Made by a program: the position numbers and the translations under genes | Assembly (NCBI GenBank): GCA_963741965.1 | Contig: CAVUKC010000002.1 | Location: forward strand, 2,345,869 to 2,409,868 | Length of the DNA stretch: 64,000 bases | DNA from: an uncultured Chloroflexia bacterium | GTDB taxonomy: Bacteria > Chloroflexota > Chloroflexia > Thermomicrobiales > UBA6265 | Direction: 5' to 3' | Shown: positions 1-9,181 of the stretch, in pieces | Position numbering within the stretch: position 1 is the stretch's first letter | Layout of the letters: every line of letters begins with the position of its first letter | The notes under the pieces: model-generated | Database searches by the model: none | What the model was told of the DNA's origin: nothing | Seen by the model: only the letters and a program-made list of their open reading frames with translations

Positions 1-862
1 GCAGGAACGCCTCGCCGTCCTCCCGCGTCAGGTTCGCCACCGACCGCACCACGCGCTCGCCCCACATGATCTCGTACGGAAAGCTCGGGATGTCGCTCAT
101 GTGAATCCCGGCACACACCACGGTGCCGCCCTTGCGCACCGCTCTGAGCGCCTGCGGTACCAGCTCCCCAGCTGACGCGAAGATGATCGCCGCGTCCAGC
201 TCCTCGGGAGCGGGCGCATCGGACGGCCCCGCCCACGCCGCGCCCATCTCCCGCGCGAACGCCTGCCCCTCGGTGTCGCCGGCGCGGGTGAACGCCATCA
301 CGCGCCTGCCCTCATGGGTCGCCACCTGCGCGATCAGGTGCGCCGCCGCGCCGAACCCGTAGAACCCCAGCACCCGGGCGTCGCCCGTCATGCGGTACGC
401 GCGGTAGCCGATCAGCCCGGCGCAGAGCAGGGGAGCGGCGGCGAGGTCCGGGTACCCCTCCGGGATCGGGAAGCAGAACCTCTCGTCGGCGACGGTGTGC
501 TCGGCATAGCCGCCATCCAGCGTGTAGCCGGTGAACCGCGCGAAATCGCACAGGTTTTCCTGCCCGCTGGTGCAGTAGCGGCACTCGCCGCACGTCCAGC
601 CGAGCCACGGCACGCCCACGCGCCGCCCCGGTTCGTATCGATCTGCACCAGGCCCGATCTTCGCCACCGTCCCGACGATCTGGTGGCCAGGGATCACGGG
701 CAGCTTCGGGTCGGGCAGCTCGCCGTCGACGAGGTGGAGGTCGGTGCGGCACACCCCGCAGGCGTGCACCTTCAGCAGCACCTGACCCTCGCCCGGCTCC
801 GGGATCGGTCGCTCCTCCAGCTTCAGCGGCTCGCCGGGCCGTTCCAGCACCATCGCGCGCAT
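1..862 (-). CDS. Zinc-dependent alcohol dehydrogenase (partial; C-terminus lies beyond the left window edge)
   Basis: Own minus-strand translation from the ATG at 862: MRAMVLERPGEPLKLEERPIPEPGEGQVLLKVHACGVCRTDLHLVDGELP...VIPGHQIVG...GECRYCTSGQENLC. This shows the catalytic and structural Zn motifs of the MDR family. GGGAGG sits 7 nt upstream. It is missing from the ORF track because it runs off the edge; the listed 312..896 and 314..901 ORFs are off-frame artefacts. Confidence 0.9.
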   Translation of the reverse strand, partial: MRAMVLERPGEPLKLEERPIPEPGEGQVLLKVHACGVCRTDLHLVDGELPDPKLPVIPGHQIVGTVAKIGPGADRYEPGRRVGVPWLGWTCGECRYCTSGQENLCDFARFTGYTLDGGYAEHTVADERFCFPIPEGYPDLAAAPLLCAGLIGYRAYRMTGDARVLGFYGFGAAAHLIAQVATHEGRRVMAFTRAGDTEGQAFAREMGAAWAGPSDAPAPEELDAAIIFASAGELVPQALRAVRKGGTVVCAGIHMSDIPSFPYEIMWGERVVRSVANLTREDGEAFL

Positions 863-1072
863 GAACACACCTCCCGTGTGGGGATCTCACGATCATCGTA
901 GACCAGGCTGGGTATCAACCGCGTCCACTTCGAACGTTCGGCGTGTCAGCTTCATGTATGCGGCTGCCGTGCACCATGGTGGCCCCGGCACAGGAATACG
1001 ATAGGGATGGAAGGGGGATGGCTCGAATATGCCGCGCTTCTCTGGTGCGGCATCGTGCAAGGAGCGTCAACC

Positions 1073-1792
1073 ATGAAGGCACTCCGTCCGATCCTCTTCG
1101 TGTACGTCCTCGCATGCGTCGCTGTCGACGCCTTCCGCCTCGTCCGGGCGTGGTACCTGCGCTGGGGCGCCACCGATGATGAAGTCCTCCGCCACATGCC
1201 GCTCGACGGGCACGTCCCGCGCCCACGCCTGGACTCCACCATGGCGATCACGATTGATGCCCCGCCCGAGCGGATCTGGCCGTGGCTGGCGCAGATGGGC
1301 GATGCGCCCCGCGCCGGCTACTACAGCTACGCCTGGATCGAGCGCCTGCTCGGCATGGACATCGAGAACTCGCAACGCATCCTGCCGCAGTACCAGCACC
1401 TTCGGGTCGGAGACGCGATCGACCGGGCCGGCACGATGACCGTGCTCGCCGTCGAGCCGAGCCGCCACCTCGTGCTCGGTCCACCGGAGTCGGTCGATAC
1501 GGTTGCGGCGAGCTGGGCGTTCGCGCTCTACCCGGTCGATGCGCACCGCACGCGCCTCGTCACCCGCGTACATGGCGCCTGGAGCTACCTCCGGATGCTG
1601 CGCGACACGCCGCCGACCGCGTGGCCGTTCTACCTGCTGATCGAGCCGGGCGCGTTCCTGATGGAGTGGAAGATGCTCCGCGAGATCAAGGCGCGCGCCG
1701 AGCAATACCAGGGTGAGTGGATGCCGATCGAGGACGAGGACCGGGACCTGACGGGCGCGAGACCGACGCCGATGCGTCGCGTTGCGAGCTGA
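1073..1792 (+). CDS. SRPBCC (START/polyketide-cyclase-like) family protein with an N-terminal membrane anchor
   Basis: In-frame part of ORF 1007..1792. AAGGAG lies 8 nt before the ATG at 1073. N-terminal hydrophobic helix MKALRPILFVYVLACVAV; the body resembles SRPBCC proteins (PERIWPWLAQMG...YYSY). Confidence 0.65.
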   Translation: MKALRPILFVYVLACVAVDAFRLVRAWYLRWGATDDEVLRHMPLDGHVPRPRLDSTMAITIDAPPERIWPWLAQMGDAPRAGYYSYAWIERLLGMDIENSQRILPQYQHLRVGDAIDRAGTMTVLAVEPSRHLVLGPPESVDTVAASWAFALYPVDAHRTRLVTRVHGAWSYLRMLRDTPPTAWPFYLLIEPGAFLMEWKMLREIKARAEQYQGEWMPIEDEDRDLTGARPTPMRRVAS

Positions 1793-1827
1793 CGTGACGC
1801 CGGTGCGAGTTCGGTAGCTGCCGGCCC

Positions 1828-3344
1828 GTGGACCGCGGAAACCGATATCTCTCGCGCGGCGCCGGTGCGGACTCCGGTCCGCTGGAAACGGTGTCGGAGA
1901 TGAACGACGACGATGATGGTCAATATCGCTCCCACCCTGTACTGACGCGACGGCAGTTCCTCGCGGGCACGCTCGCGACCGCGGGGGCCCTCGGTGCTGG
2001 GTTCCATTCAGCCGAGGCTGCCTCCGCGACGGCGATCTTTCGCGGCCCTACCACCAAACCCACGGTGGCGCTGACATTCGACTGCGGCTCCGATACGGGC
2101 TACGCCGCCTCGATCCTCGACACGTTCGCCCGCGAGGGCGTGAAGGGCAGCTTCGGCATGACGGGGACGTGGGCCGAGGCGAACCCCGCGCTGGTGCGGC
2201 GGATGGTGTCCGAGGGCCACCAGCTCATCAACCACACGTATTCCCACCCGTCCTTCACGGGCTACTCCGACCCCTCCGGGCCAATCTCGAGCACGGCGCG
2301 CAAGGATCAGATCACTCGGTGCGAGCGCGTGGTCGCCGACATCGCCGGCGTGGCCATGAAGCCGTACTTCCGCCCGCCCTACGGCGATTACGACGACAGC
2401 GTGCTGGCCGACGCCGGCGCGATCGGCTTTACCTCCTGCGTGCTGTGGTCACTGGACGGCTTCGGCTGGAAGGGGCTCACCCAGGATCAGATCGTCAACC
2501 GCGTGGCCAGCAACCACGGCAACGGTTACATCTACCTGTTCCACGTCGGCGCCGCATCACAGGAGGGGCCGGCCCTGCCGCGCATCATCTCGACGCTTCG
2601 CGGCAAGGGGTATGGCTTCGCCACGGTCACCGGGCTACTCGGCGGTGGTGGCACGCCGCCGGCCGCGAAGTTCGTCGCGGGCGACACCGTCAAGGTGACC
2701 GCCGGCCTCTACCTGCGAACCGGTGCGGGTAGCGGCTACTCGGTGATCACCACCATGCCGACGGGCACGGTCTGCACCGTGGTGAGCGGACCCACGGTTG
2801 CCAACGGCTACTCGTGGTACAAGCTCTCGACCCCGTACGGGCAGGGATGGGCGGCCGGCGAGTACCTCGCGAAGACGAGTGGCGGCACCACCCCGCCGCC
2901 CGTCGCAACATTCGTGGCGGGTGACAAGGTGAAGGTCACGGCGGGCCTCTACCTGCGAACGGGTCCCGGCACCGGCTACGGCGTGATTGTCACCATGCCT
3001 ACCGGAACGGTGTGCACCATCGTGAGCGGAGCCAAGTCCGGCGAACGGGCTCACCTGGTACCAGGTGGACTCCGCCATACGGTCGCGGCTGGTGTGCGGG
3101 CGAGTACCTGACGCGCATCTCTTCCGCGAGCGGCTACCCAGCTGGCACGAAGCTGAAGGTGACGGCGGGGCTCTACCTGCGTACCGGCCCGGGGTTCGAT
3201 ACCGGCGTGATCACCACCATGCCGACCGGCACGATCTGCACCGTGGTCAGCGGGCCGCAATCGGCCAACGGGCTCACGTGGTATCAGGTGGACACGTCGT
3301 ACGGCCGTGGCTGGGCGGCCGGGGAGTACATGACTCGGGTGTAG
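1828..3344 (+). pseudogene. Secreted polysaccharide deacetylase (NodB domain) with three C-terminal SH3b repeats, interrupted by two +1 frameshifts
   Basis: Tat-like signal TRRQFLAGTLATAGALGAG. NodB motifs TFDCGSD and HTYSHP. Frame 1 stops at 3111, frame 2 reads ANGLTWYQVD, and frame 3 (ORF 3012..3344) carries the rest of repeat 2 and all of repeat 3. The start is uncertain (GTG 1828 or ATG 1900). Confidence 0.8.
2671..3341 (+). repeat. Three tandem ~225-240 nt coding repeats, one per SH3b domain
   Basis: Units begin at 2671, 2911 and about 3135 (ttcgtcgcgggcgac / ttcgtggcgggtgac / tacccagctggcacg). Each encodes ...KVTAGLYLRTG.G.GY.VI.TMPTGT.CT.VSG...W...YG.GWAAGEY. Confidence 0.8.
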
Positions 3345-3363
3345 GGGCGGGTGGCGTCGCGGC

Positions 3364-4686
3364 TCACGGAGCCACAGGCAGGGTGAAGCACACGGTCGTG
3401 CCCTCGCCGGGATCGCTCGCGAGGTGGATCTCGCCGTCCATCGCCTGCACCAGCGATCGCGCGATCGGCAGGCCCAGCCCGGTGCCGCCGGTATGGCGAG
3501 TGCGAGAGCGATCCGTCCGGTAGAAGCGGTCGAAGACGAACGGCTGGTCCGCCGGGTCGATGCCGGGGCCATGGTCCCGCACGCAGATCTCCACGTGCCT
3601 GTCGTGTTGCCGCGCCGAGACCGTCACCGTGTCGCCGCCGGTCGTGTACTTCACCGCGTTGTCGATCAGGATCCGCAGCACCTGCTCCACCAGCGCCGTG
3701 TTGGCGGTCGCGTGGACATGCTCGGGCGATTTCGAGACAAGCCTGACGCCAGCGGCCCTCGCCTGCGGATCCAGCGACCGGATCGTTGCGTCGATCGCCT
3801 TCGGTACGTCGACCCGCTCGAGCACCAGCTGGGTCGGGCCGTCGCCGTACTTCGCGAGCGCGAGGAGATCGTTGACGATGGCCGTCATGCGGTCGATCTC
3901 CTCCAGAATCCCCTTCATCTCAGTGCGGACCTCTTCCCGGGTGGGGTCTGGCAGGCGCTGCACCATTTCCGCGTTGGCGCGCAGCACGGTGAGCGGGGTG
4001 CGCAGCTCGTGGGAGGCGTCGGCGACGAAGGTGCGCTGGCGATTGAACGCCTCGTCGATCGGCCGCATGGCGCGCCGGGCGAGGAACAGACCGGTCGGCA
4101 GCGCGATCAGCGTGCCGAGCCCGATGCCGACCATGCTCGCCACGCCCACGAGGCGAAGCTCCGCGTCGTGCTGTCGCTCCGAGCGGGTCGCCTGGATCGC
4201 GCCGACCACCTCGCCGTGCTCCTCGACCGGCTCGGTGCGAACGCGGATGTCCTCGCCGTCGATCGTGACGGTGCGGGTGTCGTTCTCGCCGTCCAGCGCC
4301 TTCTGTACCGCCGGCATCACCGGGATGCCCTCAACCATCACGCCACGGTCGTTGTGGACCATGCCGCCGCTGGCGTCGAACACGAACAGCAGCGTGTCGC
4401 CGCTCTCGAGGATCTCGTGGCTTTCGTCGTCCTCGCCGTCGTTGTCGTCGTTCCCGCCCTCGTCCTCGCTCGCTGTCGGCTGGGGGGCGGGGGCGGCATT
4501 GCCCGCAGCCAGCTCCGGCTCCCAGACGATCCCGGCCGCCTTGATCCGATCCTCCAGCGCGGCGTCGGACTCCCGGATCAGGCTCTCGCGCAGCAGCAGC
4601 CAGGTGCCGCCGCCGACGATCGCGATCACGAGCACAACCACGGTGACGTTGAGGATGGCGAGCTTGCGGCTGACGGAGGCGAACAT
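3364..4686 (-). CDS. Sensor histidine kinase (2 TM, HAMP, HisKA, HATPase_c)
   Basis: ORF 3364..4686. H-box FVADASHELRTPLT; N, G1 and G2 boxes (IDNAVKYT, DHGPGI, GGTGLGL). The acidic periplasmic loop contains GGNDDNDGEDDESHE. Confidence 0.92.
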   Translation of the reverse strand: MFASVSRKLAILNVTVVVLVIAIVGGGTWLLLRESLIRESDAALEDRIKAAGIVWEPELAAGNAAPAPQPTASEDEGGNDDNDGEDDESHEILESGDTLLFVFDASGGMVHNDRGVMVEGIPVMPAVQKALDGENDTRTVTIDGEDIRVRTEPVEEHGEVVGAIQATRSERQHDAELRLVGVASMVGIGLGTLIALPTGLFLARRAMRPIDEAFNRQRTFVADASHELRTPLTVLRANAEMVQRLPDPTREEVRTEMKGILEEIDRMTAIVNDLLALAKYGDGPTQLVLERVDVPKAIDATIRSLDPQARAAGVRLVSKSPEHVHATANTALVEQVLRILIDNAVKYTTGGDTVTVSARQHDRHVEICVRDHGPGIDPADQPFVFDRFYRTDRSRTRHTGGTGLGLPIARSLVQAMDGEIHLASDPGEGTTVCFTLPVAP

Positions 4687-4693
4687 CGCGGCC

Positions 4694-5371
4694 CTACTTC
4701 CGGATCACGTAGCCGGCGCCGCGCACCGTCTCGATCACCGCCGGGGCGTCCGGGCAGGCCGCCGCGATCTTGCGCCGGATGTAGTGGACGTAGAGCTCGA
4801 CCACGTTGCCCTGCGGGTCGGCGTCGTAGCCCCAGACCTTCTCCAGCAGCTGGTCGCGGTCGAGAATCTGCCCGCGGTTGCGGACCAGCGTCTCCAGCAG
4901 GGTGTACTCCCGACGAGTGAGCGGAACCGTCGATGCGCCGCAGGTGACCTCCCCGCTGGCGAGGTCGATGTGGATCGGGCCGATCTCGATCACGTCCTCC
5001 AGCAGCGGCCGGTCGACGCGGCGGGTGAGCGCGCGCAGGCGAGCGATGAGCTCCTCGAAGGCGAATGGCTTGCCGAGGTAGTCGTCGGCACCGGCGTTGA
5101 GCCCCTCCACCCGCTCGTCCAGCTCGGTGCGGGCGGTCAGCATGAGCGTCGGCGTGGAGACCCGCGCCGCGCGCAGCTCCCGCAGCAGCTCGACGCCGTC
5201 GAGACCGGGCAGCATCCGGTCGAGGACGATCGCGTCGTAGCTGCCAGTCAGCGCGAGGTCGAGCCCGGCGTCGCCGTCGTGGGCGACGTCGACATCGAAC
5301 CGCTCCTGCGAGAGCACACGGGTCATGAGCTGGGCGAGGCGGACCTCGTCCTCGACGATGAGAATGCGCAT
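4694..5371 (-). CDS. OmpR-family response regulator
   Basis: MRILIVEDE...DAIVLDRMLPGLDG...LMLTA...KPF, followed by a winged-helix C-terminus (YVHYIRRKI...TVRGAGYV). It ends 7 nt upstream of the kinase start. Confidence 0.95.
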   Translation of the reverse strand: MRILIVEDEVRLAQLMTRVLSQERFDVDVAHDGDAGLDLALTGSYDAIVLDRMLPGLDGVELLRELRAARVSTPTLMLTARTELDERVEGLNAGADDYLGKPFAFEELIARLRALTRRVDRPLLEDVIEIGPIHIDLASGEVTCGASTVPLTRREYTLLETLVRNRGQILDRDQLLEKVWGYDADPQGNVVELYVHYIRRKIAAACPDAPAVIETVRGAGYVIRK

Positions 5372-5380
5372 GGATCCAGT

Positions 5381-6124
5381 CTAGCGGCTGCGGAAGCGGG
5401 AATCGGCAGTCCCGAACCGATCGTACGGCACGTGGCTGGCCGGCACCATGGCGCGTGGCTGCTGTCGGTCGTGCCGGGTGAGCACGCGGTAGGCGACGAG
5501 GAAGACGAGACTGGCCGCCGTGGCGAGGTAGAGGAGCTGGATCGGCAGCGAGCCGCTGTCGGTGCCGGCGCCGATGCCGTGGGCAAGCCCTGTCGCATAG
5601 ATCGGAAATGCGAGCCAGTGCATCGCCCGCCATGCGCGGTAGCCAATCAACCGGCGCGCGGTGAAGCTGGCGCCGAGGATGACGCCGACCTCGGCGGTGA
5701 CGGTGCCGAGCCCGGTCCACGGCTCCCGCACGTGCGAGGCGAACGGCACCAGCAGCTCCCTGGGGCCGAAGTTGACGGTTGGGTCGATCGCCAGGCTGAG
5801 GATGTGCAGCGTCAGGAAGCCGTACCAGAGGTGGAAGCCGTAGGCATGCAGGCTGTAGGTGAGCCCGCGCCCGCCGGCGGTGTTGAGCAGGCGGGTGGTG
5901 AGACCGAGGCCCAGCACCATGATCAGCCAGGTCAGCAGGTAGAGCACCAGGCCGGAGGCGCGCGCGAGGTACCACGAGAGCGGGCTGGGCGACCAGCCGA
6001 ACAGGGCAGAGGCGAGCAGCATCGCGGTGATCACGATGCCGCCGATGAGCAGGAGGGCGCCAGCCAGCGCACCATCCAGCTCGGGTGGGTCGACGACTTT
6101 CTTCGGCAGCTTGCGGGTAGTCAT
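5381..6124 (-). CDS. Ferric-reductase-like (FRD/MsrQ-type) bis-heme membrane protein, transmembrane domain only
   Basis: Six predicted TM helices. Two His pairs have the spacing typical of the family (HAYGFHLWYGFLTLH and HWLAFPIYATGLAH). There are no FAD/NAD domains. It overlaps the ApbE stop by 4 nt. Confidence 0.7.
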   Translation of the reverse strand: MTTRKLPKKVVDPPELDGALAGALLLIGGIVITAMLLASALFGWSPSPLSWYLARASGLVLYLLTWLIMVLGLGLTTRLLNTAGGRGLTYSLHAYGFHLWYGFLTLHILSLAIDPTVNFGPRELLVPFASHVREPWTGLGTVTAEVGVILGASFTARRLIGYRAWRAMHWLAFPIYATGLAHGIGAGTDSGSLPIQLLYLATAASLVFLVAYRVLTRHDRQQPRAMVPASHVPYDRFGTADSRFRSR

Positions 6125-7053
6125 GGGTTCGGTCCCTGGAGAAACGTGAGCCGGTTGTCGCGGTCGACACAGACGGCGGCGGTGCTGCCGGCGGTCTCGA
6201 GCGGCTCGTTTCGTGCGGCGGCGACCATGATCGCCTTGGTGGCGACCTCCGCCTCCGTCACGCTCGGTGCGAATGCGGTCACCGACACGATGTCGCTTTC
6301 CAGCGACGCGCCGGATGCCGGGTCGATCAGGTGGTGACGGGCGTCGCTGCCCGTGCCCCAGTGCCGGCGATTGGGCGACGAGGTCGCGACGCCGGCGAGC
6401 GAGTCGCTGTCGATGCGGATGACGGCGAGATCGGTGTCCGGCCGGGTCGGATCCTCGATCGAGACCGTCCAGGCGTCGCCGGACGGCTGCATTCCCCAGA
6501 CGCGGATGTCGCCACCGGCATCGACGTAGCCGCCCGGCCAGTGCGCAAGCCGCTCCGCCAGCCGATCGACGAAGGCGCCCTTCGCGATCCCGCCGGCGTC
6601 GATCCGCATGCCGACCGGCAGCGCGACCAACCTTCGCTCGCGGTCGATCTCAACGCTGAGCCAGGCGTCGACCCCGGCAGCCGGGCGTGGTGCCAGCGCG
6701 ACTCGGGGTGTGGCGCGAACCCGGTCGATGGTCTCGGTGTAGCCCGCAGCTTCGAGCGCGGGCAGGACGGACGGGTCGAACCGGCCACCGGTGCGGATCA
6801 CCGCGTCGCGCATGGTTACCAGCAAATCGAGAAACTCGGCGTCAACGCCGGTCTGCCTGCCACCGGCAGCGTTCAGCCGCGAGAGCATGCTCTCCGGCAG
6901 GAACCGGCTGAAGCGGCATTCCCACTCTTCCGCCAGCGTCCGGGCGAGCTCGAGCGCCTGCTCGAGCTCGCCCGGGTCGATAGCTACACCGCCGACGGTG
7001 ATGGTGGTGCTCATCGCCGTGAATGACCCGCGGCGGAGTGGGGAAGTGGTCAT
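6121..7053 (-). CDS. apbE: ApbE-family FAD:protein FMN transferase
   Basis: FTAMSTTITV near the N-terminus, GGIAKGAFVD, and DAGGDIRV..., typical ApbE blocks. There is an ATGA start/stop overlap with the upstream gene at 7050-7053. Confidence 0.85.
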   Translation of the reverse strand: MTTSPLRRGSFTAMSTTITVGGVAIDPGELEQALELARTLAEEWECRFSRFLPESMLSRLNAAGGRQTGVDAEFLDLLVTMRDAVIRTGGRFDPSVLPALEAAGYTETIDRVRATPRVALAPRPAAGVDAWLSVEIDRERRLVALPVGMRIDAGGIAKGAFVDRLAERLAHWPGGYVDAGGDIRVWGMQPSGDAWTVSIEDPTRPDTDLAVIRIDSDSLAGVATSSPNRRHWGTGSDARHHLIDPASGASLESDIVSVTAFAPSVTEAEVATKAIMVAAARNEPLETAGSTAAVCVDRDNRLTFLQGPNP

Positions 7054-7415
7054 GAGGATCGGGTCCGCACGTGCGCGACCTCGTTCTGCTGGACAACCTG
7101 CACCTGCTGGATCTGGCCGTTCCCGTCGATGGCCCAGACGATCGGATTGGCGCCGGTGCTGGCGGTGTCTGCCTGCGCTGCCTGGTGGTCAGACGGTGCC
7201 GAGAGGATGAACGACCCGAGAATCGCGACGAAGCTCGCGACTGTGCCGGCGAAGAACGCCCGGCGCGCCGTGTGCTCCCGGCGGATGCGCTCGCCGGTCC
7301 GCCGCTGCCCGGCAGCGCCGAGCGGGTCGGTCAGGCGGCGCACCCGGACGGCTTTCTGCAGCATCGGGTCAACCGGCTGTTGTCGAGCCGCGCGGTGGTG
7401 GCCCCGGTCAGTCAT
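7050..7415 (-). CDS. Small single-pass membrane-anchored protein of unknown function
   Basis: Start taken at MTDRGHH (ATGACTGA overlap with the upstream gene's stop at 7408-7415). One TM helix (AFFAGTVASFVAILGSFIL), then an extracytoplasmic tail of about 45 aa (PIVWAIDGNGQIQQVQVVQQNE). Confidence 0.5.
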   Translation of the reverse strand: MTDRGHHRAARQQPVDPMLQKAVRVRRLTDPLGAAGQRRTGERIRREHTARRAFFAGTVASFVAILGSFILSAPSDHQAAQADTASTGANPIVWAIDGNGQIQQVQVVQQNEVAHVRTRSS

Positions 7416-7731
7416 CGTACTCTCCTTCGTGCTCGTCATTGTCGTACCCGTTGTGGTCGCTTTCATGTTCGTAGCTGTCGTCATCGTTGTACGCGTTGCC
7501 GGTGTTGACGGTCTGGCTGTCGGCGGGGATCGCGACGGTCTGTCCGTCCGCCGTCTTCACGAGGTTGACCAGCGGCATCTGGGTAGGCGTTGTGGTAGAG
7601 ACGGCGGCCGTATTGCCATTGGTGGCGTCAGCCTCGCTGGATGTCAGGAACTGCTCGCGCGAGACCAGGACGGTGAACACGATGGCGAGGGTGAGGATGA
7701 TCGAGATGCCAAGTGCGCGGCGGTGCTGCAT
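7408..7731 (-). CDS. Small single-pass membrane protein with an Asp/Glu/His-rich C-terminal tail
   Basis: GAGGAG lies 8 nt before the ATG at 7731 (MQHRRALGISIILTLAIVFTVLV). The C-terminus is NDDDSYEHESDHNGYDNDEHEGEYDD. First gene of the minus-strand operon 7731->3364. Confidence 0.5.
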   Translation of the reverse strand: MQHRRALGISIILTLAIVFTVLVSREQFLTSSEADATNGNTAAVSTTTPTQMPLVNLVKTADGQTVAIPADSQTVNTGNAYNDDDSYEHESDHNGYDNDEHEGEYDD

Positions 7732-7938
7732 GGAGATGCTCCTCGGTGTGTACGCTTGGTGGACCTCAATGCGGTCCACGGTCTTCACGCTACCGGCGGG
7801 AGATTAGGTGCAGATTAGACCCGGCGGGCATCGATGATGCGGTGCACGGCCAGTCTTGGGCCTGACACGGTGCCGGTGCAGGATACTGTTCGGCAGATGC
7901 GGACGGGGCGACCCGTCGATACCGCGCGAGGGAGCGAA

Positions 7939-8433
7939 ATGGCGAACATGCAGGAGCTGATGGACGAGATCGAAGCCTGCTGGCGGCAGGTGCGCGAGGA
8001 TGTCGCGGACATGGATCTGTCGATACCCGTCTACCCGGACCCGCTTTGGACACTGCGCGACGTGCTGATCCACTGCGCGGCCTGGAATGACGAGGCGACG
8101 AAGGGAATCGAGGCGTTCCAGCGCGGCGAGACGTATGTCACTGACACCGGCGCGGCGACGTTCGATGCCGGGCTCGACGCGATGAACAACCGGGTGGTGG
8201 AGGCGTCGCGGTCGCTGTCGGAGGACGAGGTGCGCCGTAGGTGGATCGCCGCGCAGGATCGCTTCACCGAGGCGGTGCGAACGCTCAATCCGGATGCGCT
8301 GGGGCGGGAGATCACCTGCCCGTGGGGAGAGCGCGAGACGGTGGCCGCGATGGTGCGGGACGAGCTTGGGCACGAGAGCGGCCACATCAACGACGTGCTG
8401 ACGGCGGTAAGCGGTCAGGAGGAGGCAGGATGA
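7939..8433 (+). CDS. DinB/ClbS-like four-helix-bundle protein
   Basis: GGGAG precedes the ATG at 7939. W..RDVLIHCAAWNDE and ELGHESGHINDV resemble DinB-superfamily / DUF1706-type proteins. The family assignment is tentative. Confidence 0.55.
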   Translation: MANMQELMDEIEACWRQVREDVADMDLSIPVYPDPLWTLRDVLIHCAAWNDEATKGIEAFQRGETYVTDTGAATFDAGLDAMNNRVVEASRSLSEDEVRRRWIAAQDRFTEAVRTLNPDALGREITCPWGERETVAAMVRDELGHESGHINDVLTAVSGQEEAG

Positions 8434-9170
8434 GCGAGACGGGCAAGGTGGCGCTGGTGACCGGCGCGTCGCGCGGTGTGGGAGCGGCGACGGCGCGGCT
8501 CCTTGCCGAGCGAGGCTACGACGTGGTGGTCAACTACCGGAACAAGGCGAAGCGCGCCGAGGCGGTGGTGGCCGAGGTCGAGGCGGCCGGCCAGCGGGGC
8601 TGGATCGTGCAGGCGGATCTCACTGACGCTGACCAGACGTCGGCGATGTTCGCGCAGATCGGTCGGGATGCCGGTCGGCTCGACCTGCTGGTGCTCAACG
8701 CGAGCGGCGGGCTCGAGAAGGGCATGGCGGAGGACTACGCCATGCTGGTCAATCTCGACGCGCAGGTTCGCGCGCTCGAGCTGGCACTGCCGCTGATGCG
8801 GGAGGGTGGCCGGGTGGTGTTCGTGACCAGCCATCTCGCGCACTTCCACGGCGAAAAGCCGGTCTACCCGGCGTACGAGCCGGTCGCGGCGAGCAAGAAG
8901 GCGGGTGAGCGGGCGCTGCGGGAGCGGATTCCGTCGCTGGGCGTGCAGGGGATCTCGCTGGTGGTCGTCAGCGGCGACATGATCGACGGGACGATCACGC
9001 CGAAGCTGCTCGACCGGCAGTCGCCGGGGGTGATGGAGGCGCGTCGACAGGAGGCGGGCGACCTGCCGACGGTGGAGGAGTTTGCCGAGGCGATCGCGGA
9101 GGCAGCGATCGACGACAGCCTGGAGAGCGGTGAGACGGTCTACGTCGGCAGCACCGAGTGGGAGCTGTAA
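8430..9170 (+). CDS. Short-chain dehydrogenase/reductase (SDR)
   Basis: VALVTGASRGVGAA (TGxxxGxG), NASGG, and a Rossmann pattern. ATGA overlap with the previous gene. Confidence 0.9.
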   Translation: MSETGKVALVTGASRGVGAATARLLAERGYDVVVNYRNKAKRAEAVVAEVEAAGQRGWIVQADLTDADQTSAMFAQIGRDAGRLDLLVLNASGGLEKGMAEDYAMLVNLDAQVRALELALPLMREGGRVVFVTSHLAHFHGEKPVYPAYEPVAASKKAGERALRERIPSLGVQGISLVVVSGDMIDGTITPKLLDRQSPGVMEARRQEAGDLPTVEEFAEAIAEAAIDDSLESGETVYVGSTEWEL

Positions 9171-9181
9171 ACGATTCGAGC

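Noticed and set aside
3037-3074. Programmed ribosomal frameshifting as the explanation for the split deacetylase.
   Set aside because: There is no slippery heptamer or stimulatory structure. Two successive +1 events 34 nt apart would be needed, and similar single-base lesions occur in unrelated genes. Mutation or sequencing error is more parsimonious.
3560-6337. 925-aa plus-strand ORF, with other very long ORFs of the same kind (3424..4920, 4626..6170, 13493..15412, 21340..22620, 22639..24726, 55741..57057).
   Set aside because: They run antisense to, or out of frame with, genes that have unmistakable family signatures. Their Arg/Ala/Pro/Gly-dominated low-complexity composition is typical of stop-poor non-coding frames in high-GC DNA.
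7050-7415. Possible FMN-binding (flavinylated) domain as the substrate of the adjacent ApbE.
   Set aside because: The extracytoplasmic part is only about 45 aa. The closest motif, DTASTGAN, lacks the acceptor Ser/Thr of [ST]GA[ST]. It is kept as a hypothetical protein.
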